The notes under the pieces are model-generated. The model saw only the letters and a list, made by a program, of their open reading frames with translations. It had not been told where the DNA came from and searched no databases. From an uncultured Gammaproteobacteria bacterium (lineage in GTDB: Bacteria > Patescibacteriota > Microgenomatia > UBA1406 > GWC2-37-13): a stretch of DNA of 64,000 nucleotides. Shown here one piece after another: positions 19,962 to 28,783 of this stretch. Both the position numbers and the translations under genes were made by a program. The stretch lies in NCBI GenBank assembly GCA_964488055.1, contig CAZATL010000003.1, forward strand, positions 245 through 64,244. The letters run 5' to 3'. Position 1 is the first letter of the stretch. Each line of letters starts with the position of its first letter.

Positions 19962-21095
19962 TTACTTTAAAAATCCGATCTCTAATGGGTAACTAAAACC
20001 AGATATAAACCTAATTACATATAAATATATTGCAGGAGACAAGAGTAATAATCCTGCCTTTACGTAAGGCTTTTTCAACCACTCATGTTGCATAATTATT
20101 ATGAATGGAATTAGCGGTAGGATATATCTCGACATCTCTCTATGCGTCACTGTCAAAACGAACAAAAATGTAAGATAAACATAGATACGTAGAGCAATTG
20201 GAAGCTCCTTAGACTTATTAAGAAGTGTTATCCAAGCTATTCCGAAATAAAACAAAATATCCTCTAGATATTTGTCACTACCCATCCCTTTGGCATTTAT
20301 AAAAAATTGAGAATAAATCATTCCTGTCTGAACGACAACTGATGAGTGGAAGTAAGCCAAGAAATCACCATATTGTCTCTGATATAAAAAACACATGAGG
20401 CCAAACCCTAACATCGAAAAAGACGCTGGGATAAGTATTCTCATGTTTGCTTTGAAGTCATTTCTTCTAATAAATAGATATAAAAATAGAGAGATACCCA
20501 AGATCACTCCAGGTACTCTAGTAAAGCTCGCATACATCGCAAAAAGTCCAGCCAGCAAGTATCTCTCTTTGTAAATAAGGATCAGAGATAAGTTGATGCA
20601 AAATAAAAAGATGATCTCTGATGATCCAGTTGTGCTTGAGATTAGCATTCTCGGCATTAGCAAAATAAGTGTTGTCAGATAGAGTGGCTCTTTTATTTTT
20701 AGGGTATTGTCGATTAGATAATAGATTGATGCAGCAAGCGCTACAGTTCCAATTACGTTTACAAAAAGCATTCCATTCAAATATCCAAACAAAGGTGCGG
20801 CTATCCTTATAAGGACAGGGTAACCTGGCGGATGAATAGCAAAATATTTAGCATCAAATGTCTTGAGACTTGATATGACATCAGCCCTGTAGAGTGACTT
20901 GGCTGCTATTGCATAGAGTGGCCCATCGTATGCGCGCTGCACTAGTTCAAATCCTTTGAGCCTTATTTCGCTTTTTTCAGGCCCAATCTTAAAATAAAAT
21001 GGTGTCCAGACAAGCAAAATTGAAAAGGTAGAAATAAAAGCAAGAATGATATAGGGTCGAAGGATATGTGTAAGTACCATGTGATATCTTTGCAT
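19962..21095 (-). CDS. PIG-V/mannosyltransferase-like GT-C membrane protein (tandem paralog 1)
   Basis: It carries QRAYDGPLYAIAAKSLY...YFAIHPPGYPVLIRIAAP. Later blocks are shared with 18794-19960: RSTGSSEIVF/SSTTGSSEIIF, YASFTR, and QYGDFFAYFH/QYGDFLAYFH. Its stop is 1 nt from the start of the downstream paralog. Confidence 0.65.
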   Translation of the reverse strand: MQRYHMVLTHILRPYIILAFISTFSILLVWTPFYFKIGPEKSEIRLKGFELVQRAYDGPLYAIAAKSLYRADVISSLKTFDAKYFAIHPPGYPVLIRIAAPLFGYLNGMLFVNVIGTVALAASIYYLIDNTLKIKEPLYLTTLILLMPRMLISSTTGSSEIIFLFCINLSLILIYKERYLLAGLFAMYASFTRVPGVILGISLFLYLFIRRNDFKANMRILIPASFSMLGFGLMCFLYQRQYGDFLAYFHSSVVVQTGMIYSQFFINAKGMGSDKYLEDILFYFGIAWITLLNKSKELPIALRIYVYLTFLFVLTVTHREMSRYILPLIPFIIIMQHEWLKKPYVKAGLLLLSPAIYLYVIRFISGFSYPLEIGFLK

Positions 21096-21101
21096 ATTGT
21101 T

Positions 21102-22292
21102 CTATTTTTTCTTCTGTATTTTTGTCTTTTTTCTTCCCAAGAATTGCTTGAAAATATAGCAAATAATCAAAAATACAATTGTAACAGCGATACTGACATA
21201 TATTATTAAGTTTTTGAATTTGACATCCCCTCCTTGCCCCCACTCCCCCCCAAGTACATACGGATAATAGCCTAACAAAAGACCTGTGAAAAACGGCGTC
21301 AACAGAACGAAAATTGATGGGAAAAAAGGAATCATTACAAATAAGTTTAGGAAATACCATGGATGTATCTCGCCGTTTGCGACAACATATAAGACAAGCA
21401 CTGCAACTAAAGCACCAACAATCATATTTTTTAGGGTTTCTAGACCAACCTTTCTACCTAGCAAATTTACTTCGCGTTTATGATGGATGCCAAATGCCAA
21501 GAGCACTGTGGGAAGCGTCATATACTTGACAAAACCACCAAAAAGAAGACTGGTGAGTCCCCAGACTAGATTTTTCTTACTAACCAAGTAATAACCAATT
21601 ATTGCAAAAGACAAAGCTATAAAGTCATTATGACTGTTTATAAGACCCTCGACAATCACAAGTGGTGACAAAGCAAAAACTAAGGCCGACCTCTTATTAG
21701 TTTCGTGTAGACAGTACGTAGCCACAAAGTAAAGCAAAACGTTCGTGAGTTTGAAAAGAAAAAAAGTAAAAGCAAATTTTCCAAAACCCAAAAAGGAAGG
21801 GACAAGTGTGAGAAGTAAGAATGTTGGACCATATGGATATGTACGATGAGTCCAATGCATAAACCTCACCATAGGGTCAGCCGGAAAATCGAGCGCCTTA
21901 TGAAGATATGGATTTTCGCCGTAATGCGTGAATATCCTTGCATCGAAAATGTAGTTAAAAAGATCATGTGAAAGCGCTGGATAGCTCAAAAGCCCAGCAA
22001 CGATACCGACAAAAAGCACCGTTCCGACTGTTACTCTTGGTGGTCTTACTTGAATCGCAACATACGAGAGAGTAATAATTGCGACGAGAACGACGAAAAT
22101 TTGACTAGACAAAATCCTATCATGATAGCCAATACTAACCATGACTTCACGAAAGACTGTCCAGTCTGCATGTTTGACAAGTGTGAAATTGGGATCTGTG
22201 AGCACCCACGACCATAGAACAAGTCCCGACAAGCCAAACAAAAAAAGCGCAATAAAAAACTTTTGATATACTGTTGACATGAAAAGTGGCAA
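21102..22292 (-). CDS. DUF2029/GT87-like polytopic membrane glycosyltransferase
   Basis: SHDLFNYIFDARIFTHYGENPYLHKALDFPADP...THRTYPYGPTFLLL resembles the PimE/DUF2029 first-loop signature. It is polytopic. The start could be TTG 22292 or ATG 22280, and either overlaps the divergent gene's ATG at 22279. Confidence 0.65.
   Translation of the reverse strand: MPLFMSTVYQKFFIALFLFGLSGLVLWSWVLTDPNFTLVKHADWTVFREVMVSIGYHDRILSSQIFVVLVAIITLSYVAIQVRPPRVTVGTVLFVGIVAGLLSYPALSHDLFNYIFDARIFTHYGENPYLHKALDFPADPMVRFMHWTHRTYPYGPTFLLLTLVPSFLGFGKFAFTFFLFKLTNVLLYFVATYCLHETNKRSALVFALSPLVIVEGLINSHNDFIALSFAIIGYYLVSKKNLVWGLTSLLFGGFVKYMTLPTVLLAFGIHHKREVNLLGRKVGLETLKNMIVGALVAVLVLYVVANGEIHPWYFLNLFVMIPFFPSIFVLLTPFFTGLLLGYYPYVLGGEWGQGGDVKFKNLIIYVSIAVTIVFLIICYIFKQFLGRKKTKIQKKK
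22264..22272 (+). promoter_or_regulatory. Extended -10 box TGaTATACT, placed for a leaderless transcript of the 22279 gene
   Basis: TGATATACT occupies 22264-22272. The A of the ATG at 22279 is 7 nt after the last -10 base. Confidence 0.45.
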
Positions 22293-23862
22293 ATTTTTGA
22301 TCTACGGATCTTTTGCAGTAATTGTACTGCTTTTCGCGTATTTCCGCCTGACAATAATAAACACGCACAACGTCGCGTATACATATGATCAGGGACGCGA
22401 TTTCTTGGCGGGCGCACGAATAGTAGTTGACAAAAATCCAGTTTTCATCGGTCCAACGACTGGCATTGGCGGACTCTTCCATGGAGCCTGGTGGTATTAT
22501 GCTACAGCAGCGTCATTTATGATATTTGGCCCTGCCCCCATAAACTATTACTACTTCTTATTTGTGATACATCTTGTATCTTTCATAGTGTGGCTTGTCG
22601 TTGTGAGAAAAGTATTTGGGGATTCATTGGCGCTTATTTCAGGCGTAATCTTATCTTCCGGTTCGTATTATGTCGGAAATCAAACTTTTGCTGGCAACAA
22701 CATACTGACTATTCCATCATTCGCTTTATTCTGCATTTCGCTACTTATCATCCTATCAGGAGGAGATAGTAAAAAGATGTGCAAATCCAAGACTAGCCTA
22801 CTTCTGATCCCATTTCTGTGGGGAGCCTCGACTGGTTTTGTCGCAGAGACAGAGCTATCATTTGGCTTGTTTCTAGTTCCGTCCATAATACTACTTTTTG
22901 CAACAAGCAAAGCAATAAGATCGTATCTATTTCACAAACTTTCCTTTTTGTCGTATGCGATCGGACTTCTCATTCCTTTTTTGCCCAGAATTCTTTTTGA
23001 AGTAAAGAATGGTTTTCTCCAGACTAAGGTGCTTCTTGGATTTTTTACAAAGCCCAAACTATACAATCCACGAAGTTACTCGGAGGTATTTGACGAGAGG
23101 GTGTATGTATTTAGAACATACTGGGAACAAGCTCTTGGGAGCAATTTCCTGGCTTATCTTTCTGCAGCACTGCTTGTCGGGATAGTGGTTTATGTCATTA
23201 TACATAAATATAGGCTGGCAAAAAGCAAATCAGAGACACTACCTATGCCACCTATGCAGAATGAGTTTGTAAGAATTGCAATTGTCTTTGCCACGCTTCT
23301 TGCCGGGCTTTTTGTGTTTTGTCTTGTCTATAGAGATCCATTCTGGGGCAATTATTATGAAGGTATCCAGCTTGGATTTGTTGTTCTGTTTCTGGCACTT
23401 ATCAAGACTGTTCAGCAATTATCCAGAAAGCTTTACCTATTTTTTATCACAATCACAATCCTACTATCCCTACTCACTCTGAAGGATAGGCTTCTGTTCA
23501 CAATGGGTTTTAAGGCAGGTACAGGAGGCCTCAAGATGCAAGAGTCAATCGTGCAGCAAATAGTTGATACACAAAACAAGAAAGGTGACAAGATATTTTG
23601 TGCTAGGGTATATACCCCACCTGTCATTCCGCATACTTATGATTATCTATGGTTCTATCATTACCAAAACAAAGACATTGAGACACCAAGATACGACTAT
23701 GTGGATGGAAAATGCTGGTATATCATTGAGCCCGAATGGAAAGGCTATGAATTCCGACTAGTCGAGTGGAAAAAGAAAAATATTCCTGCAGAAGCAAAAG
23801 AGATCTCAAGTACAAAGATTGAGATAGAGGGCGTGACACTAGTGCAATATACGAATCTATAG
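22279..23862 (+). CDS. GT-C glycosyltransferase, GT39-like family C
   Basis: It carries YDQGRDFLAGARIVVDKNPVFIGPTTGIGGLFHGAWWYY and is polytopic. The C-terminal soluble block YDYLWFYHY...CWYIIEPEWKGY is shared with 23901. Confidence 0.7.
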   Translation: MKSGKFLIYGSFAVIVLLFAYFRLTIINTHNVAYTYDQGRDFLAGARIVVDKNPVFIGPTTGIGGLFHGAWWYYATAASFMIFGPAPINYYYFLFVIHLVSFIVWLVVVRKVFGDSLALISGVILSSGSYYVGNQTFAGNNILTIPSFALFCISLLIILSGGDSKKMCKSKTSLLLIPFLWGASTGFVAETELSFGLFLVPSIILLFATSKAIRSYLFHKLSFLSYAIGLLIPFLPRILFEVKNGFLQTKVLLGFFTKPKLYNPRSYSEVFDERVYVFRTYWEQALGSNFLAYLSAALLVGIVVYVIIHKYRLAKSKSETLPMPPMQNEFVRIAIVFATLLAGLFVFCLVYRDPFWGNYYEGIQLGFVVLFLALIKTVQQLSRKLYLFFITITILLSLLTLKDRLLFTMGFKAGTGGLKMQESIVQQIVDTQNKKGDKIFCARVYTPPVIPHTYDYLWFYHYQNKDIETPRYDYVDGKCWYIIEPEWKGYEFRLVEWKKKNIPAEAKEISSTKIEIEGVTLVQYTNL

Positions 23863-23900
23863 AGACTCATATAGCTATTAATAATCTATCTACTATAACC

Positions 23901-25448
23901 ATGCAGACATCCAAAATAAAATTGCAAAGCAAAAAATATATTTATTATTCATACAGTGTTGTGACAGATTGGATCAATGCAAACAAATTAGTAGTAGTTA
24001 TTCTATTATCCATTTTTGTTCTCGCATTTGTTCTGCGTATATCTGGACTCGACCAAAATCTTCTCTTTGGTTTTGAACAAGGTCGTGACGCACTAAAAGC
24101 CCAGGATATTCACTCTTTCAGAGATATCGTTCTCATTGGGCCAAAGACTGATATAGATGGGATATTTCATGGTGTTTGGTACTACTATCTGGTTGCCATC
24201 TTGTACCTTGTCTCACAGGGCGACCCAGTACTAGTCGTCTACGAGCTCGCAGCCCTAAACGCCCTGAGCGTGTTTGTCGTGTATGCCATCGCCAGAAACC
24301 TAAACATGAGTAAGCCCATGTCGGTTATAGCTTCGCTGTTTGTAGCAGTATCTTTCAATATCGTGATTTATGCCAGATGGCTCTCAAATGTATCACCAAG
24401 CATACTCGTTGTGGCGTGCTTCATGCTGTCTGTCATATTACTTGTGAAAAATAGGAAGGATATATATTGGATACCTACATTTTTTTTCTTTGCACTTCTC
24501 TTCCATTTTGAACTATTACACGGTCTGTATGCGACAGTGCTGCTACTTGTCATAAGTCCTGTATACAGGCTCAAGCTATTCACGAAGAATTGGTGGATCG
24601 GTTTGGGACTTTTTGTAGCAATAAACATACCTTTTGTAATATTCGATATCAAAAACCAGTTTATATTGAGCAAAGGAGTGATTCATTATCTGACAACATC
24701 AAATCTCTCCCCCAAGCCATTCCACGCCATCACTGTCTATACTCTTGGACTTATCCAAGAAATCACAACCACCTTTCACACCAAGATGGCCACAGCTCCT
24801 TTTCTAGCCTTTTTTGTACTACTCATAAAGATACTTACGGATCACAAGTCTAGGTCACAAAGCTCCGTGCAAGTTTTGTTATTTTTCATTGCATGGTCAT
24901 TCCCTTACATGTTTTTACTCAAATACGATCCTCTTGACCAGTTTTATGCAGGGACATCACTTGCTCTCATTTTGGTCTTCACATACGGATTGAGCATTAT
25001 TACCACAAACTCAAACAAGTATTTTGTGTATGGAGCTTCCATCCTATTGTCACTTGGTATGTTTGCTGGTACATACGAAAATATCGCAAGTCGTGAGGGA
25101 ATTTTTTATCATTCTGTACAGAGAAGTATGACCTTGGGTGATCAAAAGAAAGTCATAAGTCAAATGTTTAGCAAAAATACTCCATTTGAGTGGGAGGCTT
25201 TCACAATACCATACTACTATAATGATGCATACAAATATCTCATTCCGTGGTATGGTAATAAACTTGTAGGTAGTAATGCCCAAAGTCTACTTTCTGCACC
25301 TGACAAGGAATTGTATTTTCTGATCATTGAGCCGAGTACTTCAGGCTACTGGCTAGATAGATGGATCAAGGAAAAGGATGGGGTTAGCACAAAAGTAAAA
25401 GAATCCGAATATGGCGAAATGCTCCTCGAAGAGAGATTAAAAAAGTAA
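23901..25448 (+). CDS. GT-C glycosyltransferase, GT39-like family C
   Basis: It carries FEQGRDALKAQDIHSFRDIVLIGPKTDIDGIFHGVWYYY and is polytopic. The C-terminal block reads YKYLIPWYG...YFLIIEPSTSGY. A TACTAT box at 23891-23896 lies directly upstream of the ATG. Confidence 0.7.
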   Translation: MQTSKIKLQSKKYIYYSYSVVTDWINANKLVVVILLSIFVLAFVLRISGLDQNLLFGFEQGRDALKAQDIHSFRDIVLIGPKTDIDGIFHGVWYYYLVAILYLVSQGDPVLVVYELAALNALSVFVVYAIARNLNMSKPMSVIASLFVAVSFNIVIYARWLSNVSPSILVVACFMLSVILLVKNRKDIYWIPTFFFFALLFHFELLHGLYATVLLLVISPVYRLKLFTKNWWIGLGLFVAINIPFVIFDIKNQFILSKGVIHYLTTSNLSPKPFHAITVYTLGLIQEITTTFHTKMATAPFLAFFVLLIKILTDHKSRSQSSVQVLLFFIAWSFPYMFLLKYDPLDQFYAGTSLALILVFTYGLSIITTNSNKYFVYGASILLSLGMFAGTYENIASREGIFYHSVQRSMTLGDQKKVISQMFSKNTPFEWEAFTIPYYYNDAYKYLIPWYGNKLVGSNAQSLLSAPDKELYFLIIEPSTSGYWLDRWIKEKDGVSTKVKESEYGEMLLEERLKK

Positions 25449-25452
25449 CTTT

Positions 25453-26265
25453 ATGCTAACTGTCATAATAAACACCAGAAACGAAGAATCTAATATTGAA
25501 GAATGTGTGAAGTCGGCACAGCTGCTATCCAGTGAAGTGATCGTGGTTGATATGCACAGTACCGACAGGACGCGCGACATAGCCACATCGCTTGGTGCAC
25601 GCACTCTTCTTTTTCCACATACAAAGTACGTGGAGCCGGCTCGGACTTTTGCCATACAAGAGTGTGAGACAGAGTGGGTCTTCATACTCGACGCAGATGA
25701 AAGAATGACCAAAGAATTGGCAGAAGAAATAAAAAAACTCATAGCTTTCAGTCGTCAGTCGTCAGAAAATACTAACCTACCCCCTACAACCTACCCCCTA
25801 CAACCTACTTATTACAGGGTTCCCCGTAAAAACATCTTTGGTCGCAAGAAATGGCTCGCACATGGCGGATGGTGGCCAGATCACCAGACAAGACTTATCA
25901 AAAAATCGGCACTTGTAGAATGGCCAGCGCGCATTCACTCAACCCCTGTCATAAAAGGTGAACAGGGCATCCTGAAAAATCCGATTGTTCACTATTTCCA
26001 TGGCGACCTAGTGACCATGGTCGAAAAGACCCTAAACTTCGAAAATATTGAGTCTGACCTACTTTACGGTGCCAAAAGACCTGTGAATGTGCTCACCTTC
26101 TTCCGAAAATTTTATGGCGAGATGTGGCGTAGACTAATAAGAAATGCCGGCTTCATGGATGGATCATATGGGATACTTGAGTCTATATACCAAGCCTTCT
26201 CAAAGACTATCACCTATTTACTACTTTACGAAAAGACATATGTCAAAGACCAAGATCGAGCTTGA
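25453..26265 (+). CDS. GT2 glycosyltransferase (paralog of 1700-2638)
   Basis: It starts MLTVIINTRNEESNIEECV, has FILDADERM, and carries GGWWPDHQTRLIKK. A repeat-encoded insert lies at 25749-25808. Confidence 0.8.
   Translation: MLTVIINTRNEESNIEECVKSAQLLSSEVIVVDMHSTDRTRDIATSLGARTLLFPHTKYVEPARTFAIQECETEWVFILDADERMTKELAEEIKKLIAFSRQSSENTNLPPTTYPLQPTYYRVPRKNIFGRKKWLAHGGWWPDHQTRLIKKSALVEWPARIHSTPVIKGEQGILKNPIVHYFHGDLVTMVEKTLNFENIESDLLYGAKRPVNVLTFFRKFYGEMWRRLIRNAGFMDGSYGILESIYQAFSKTITYLLLYEKTYVKDQDRA
25749..25808. repeat. In-CDS tandem repeats: CAGTCGT x2.4, then CCTACCCCCTACAA x2.4
   Basis: The heptamer tract cagtcgtcagtcgtcag lies at 25749-25765. The 14-mer tract cctaccccctacaa cctaccccctacaa cctac lies at 25776-25808. 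They encode ...SRQSSENTNLPPTTYPLQPTY... This segment is about 14 aa longer than the equivalent stretch of the paralog at 1700-2638. Confidence 0.9.
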
Positions 26266-26827
26266 CGCACTAGCTGCTGCGATCACGAGTAAAAACATTG
26301 TTACTTCAAGTAAAGTAGATTATAAGAACCCGTTCTTCTATGTAACGCACGAGGTGTCAGACTACGAAGGCAATACCTATGACACATATATACTTTCAAA
26401 AAAAACCTTGGGTGGGGCATTTGTCGTGGCGATTATGAGTGACAAAATCCTTCTCGTACCTCAATACCGAAGACACATAAAGACTGTGTCTTATGAGATA
26501 CCAGCTGGTAGCATAGAAGACCACGAAGATATAGAGACGGCTGGTAAGAGAGAGCTTCTTGAGGAAGCTGGATACTCCACAAACAAAATTACGTATGTAG
26601 CAGGTTACTATTCTATAGGCGGCGTGAGTAATGTCAAACATCATGTGCTCATAGCAGAGAATCTCGAAAAGAAAAACTCATCTAAGGAATCGTCTGAAAT
26701 CATACTCGAACCTGATTTTTTTACAATCCGAGAGATAAATGAAATGGTGCTAGATGGTAGAATAACAGACGGACCAACGATTGCAGCGATATACTATTAC
26801 ACTTTATACAAGGAGAAAAATGGCTAA
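26240..26827 (+). CDS. NUDIX hydrolase (ADP-ribose/nucleotide-sugar pyrophosphatase-like)
   Basis: The NUDIX box is GSIEDHEDIETAGKRELLEEAGY. ATG 26240 overlaps the upstream GT2 gene by 26 nt. Confidence 0.8.
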   Translation: MSKTKIELDALAAAITSKNIVTSSKVDYKNPFFYVTHEVSDYEGNTYDTYILSKKTLGGAFVVAIMSDKILLVPQYRRHIKTVSYEIPAGSIEDHEDIETAGKRELLEEAGYSTNKITYVAGYYSIGGVSNVKHHVLIAENLEKKNSSKESSEIILEPDFFTIREINEMVLDGRITDGPTIAAIYYYTLYKEKNG

Positions 26828-27911
26828 ACGAATAGGGCTTTGGAATCCATACCTAGACACCGTGGGAGGTGGCGAGAAACATATGCTTCAGATATGTGAC
26901 TTCTTTATAAGATATGGTTACGAACTCACAATATTCTGGGACAAGAATATCCAGAGACAACTGGAACAAAAGCTGTCGCTCAAGCTACCCGAAAATACCA
27001 AGTGGGAGCCATCACTCAAAGGTGCAGCTTGGTCTAATAAGCATAAGATGCTACGCTGTCTTGATATTTTGCTTTATGCCACAGATGGCTCGTACTTTTA
27101 TTCATCAGCAAAAAACACCATAGGCTTTTGCATGGTACCAGAGGAGAAGCTTTATAAGATGACTTTCCTGAATAAACTCAAGACTTACAAATGGTCATTC
27201 ATAAGCAATTCCAGATTTACACAAAAGAATCTGTATAAATATGGCGTAAGATCACAGGTTGTCTACCCCATTCTCACCTTACCGAGCAAAAAGGTAGAAA
27301 AAACCGTGTCACAAGGCACACAACTAACCTTCCTAAGCGTTGGTAGATTCTTCAGACATTTGCACTCAAAAAGACATGATGTGGCTGTCGCATGGTTTGT
27401 AAACTTCATAGAAGAACATTCACAGTATTCACAAAGTAAGCTTATACTGGCTGGAGGACTCAAGAAAGAAGATGCACAGTATTTCGAATCACTCAAAAAG
27501 CTAGCCTCGCAGTATCAGAATATAGATTTCAGACCGAACATCACCTCATCAGATCTTGAGAAGGCATATATATCTTCCGACTTCTATCTACACTTTGCTG
27601 GGTGGCAAGTAAATGAGACAACACATCCAGAGCGCACAGAGCATCTTGGTATTACTCCACTTGAGGCTATGTCATATGGGTGCATCACGATGTGCTATAG
27701 GTCTGGTGGTATCAAAGAAATCGTCAGAGATGGCGAGAACGGATATACTTTCAGTCAACTGCCAGAATTGAGCAGCAAAATAATCTCTATCTCAAGAGAT
27801 GTCATAAAACAGCAGGAAATAAGAAGAAATGCAATAGACACTGTGACTGCATTATTTTCGCAAAAATCGTTTGATGAAACGATGAAAAATTTGTACAGAA
27901 AGTTCATCTAG
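26820..27911 (+). CDS. GT4 (GT-B fold) glycosyltransferase
   Basis: It starts MAKRIGLWNPYLDTVGGGEKHML. The C-terminal block EHLGITPLEAMSYGCITMCYRSGGIKEIV is the E-x7-E style region. AAGGAG lies 5 nt upstream of ATG 26820. Confidence 0.8.
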   Translation: MAKRIGLWNPYLDTVGGGEKHMLQICDFFIRYGYELTIFWDKNIQRQLEQKLSLKLPENTKWEPSLKGAAWSNKHKMLRCLDILLYATDGSYFYSSAKNTIGFCMVPEEKLYKMTFLNKLKTYKWSFISNSRFTQKNLYKYGVRSQVVYPILTLPSKKVEKTVSQGTQLTFLSVGRFFRHLHSKRHDVAVAWFVNFIEEHSQYSQSKLILAGGLKKEDAQYFESLKKLASQYQNIDFRPNITSSDLEKAYISSDFYLHFAGWQVNETTHPERTEHLGITPLEAMSYGCITMCYRSGGIKEIVRDGENGYTFSQLPELSSKIISISRDVIKQQEIRRNAIDTVTALFSQKSFDETMKNLYRKFI

Positions 27912-27916
27912 CGCCT

Positions 27917-28729
27917 ATGCTATCAACAACAATCATAGTCCCTGTGTATAAAAAAATTGAACTATTCAGTGATACATTTCTACGTAATACAAAGCACGTT
28001 TCGGGCGCCACTGTACTTGTAATAAATGACGACCCACAAAGTGTCCTGCCACAAGATGCAAAAATAGAAGATGCAAGTGGTGCTACTTTTATCCAAAATA
28101 GCGAGAATCTCGGCTTTGCCAAAACTGTAAACAAAGCCGTTTCAAGTGTAAAAACAGATCTCATTATGCTTCTAAATTCTGATGTTTTTCTACTCGACAA
28201 GAGCTGGCAAAAGGCTATCAAGTGTTTTGAGAAAAATCCAAAACTATTTGCTATAAGCTTCGCACAAGATGATGGAAGTGGCAAGATAACAGGTCGGAAC
28301 AGACTGTATTTCAAAAACGGACTCTTCCACCACTCCTCTCTACAGTTTGAACTAAACTCGGAACTTGGAACTAGGAACTTGGAACTACTTTCGACCGCTT
28401 GGGCAGAAGGAGGTTCTGCTATTTTTCGAAAATCGATGTGGGATAAGCTTGGTGGGTTTGACGAAAATTTCTCACCATTTTACTGGGAAGACGTGGATCT
28501 ATCATACAGAGCAAGAAAGAGTGGTTGGGAAGTGTTATTTTCGCCTAGTATCAAAGTCCTTCACAAGCACGAGTCAACGATCGGATCATTCTATGATAAA
28601 GCTAAAGTAAATGAGATAGCCTACCGTCACCAACTCTACTTCACCAAAAAACACACCAACTTTATCCAGAAGATCCAGCTATATCTCTTTACTCTCAAGC
28701 AAAAAATAAGAAATGGCTCTAGGCCCTAG
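27917..28729 (+). CDS. GT2 glycosyltransferase
   Basis: It carries TIIVPVYKK, NLGFAKTVNKA, and GGFDENFSPFYWEDVDLSYRARKSGW. Confidence 0.8.
   Translation: MLSTTIIVPVYKKIELFSDTFLRNTKHVSGATVLVINDDPQSVLPQDAKIEDASGATFIQNSENLGFAKTVNKAVSSVKTDLIMLLNSDVFLLDKSWQKAIKCFEKNPKLFAISFAQDDGSGKITGRNRLYFKNGLFHHSSLQFELNSELGTRNLELLSTAWAEGGSAIFRKSMWDKLGGFDENFSPFYWEDVDLSYRARKSGWEVLFSPSIKVLHKHESTIGSFYDKAKVNEIAYRHQLYFTKKHTNFIQKIQLYLFTLKQKIRNGSRP
28361..28388. repeat. In-CDS tandem heptamers, GAACTNG x4
   Basis: The sequence reads gaacttg gaactag gaacttg gaactac. It encodes ...ELGTRNLELL... in a loop of the GT2 protein. Confidence 0.85.
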
Positions 28730-28783
28730 GCACGCCGGAGTTTATCTTTTAACGTCCTATTTATCGAGGAGCATGTCGAGAGA

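Noticed and set aside
20989-22482. Overlapping minus-strand ORFs 20989-21360, 22046-22417 and 22147-22482
   Set aside because: They are alternative frames of the same DNA that encodes the long polytopic proteins 19962-21095, 21102-22292 and 22279-23862. They have no independent support.
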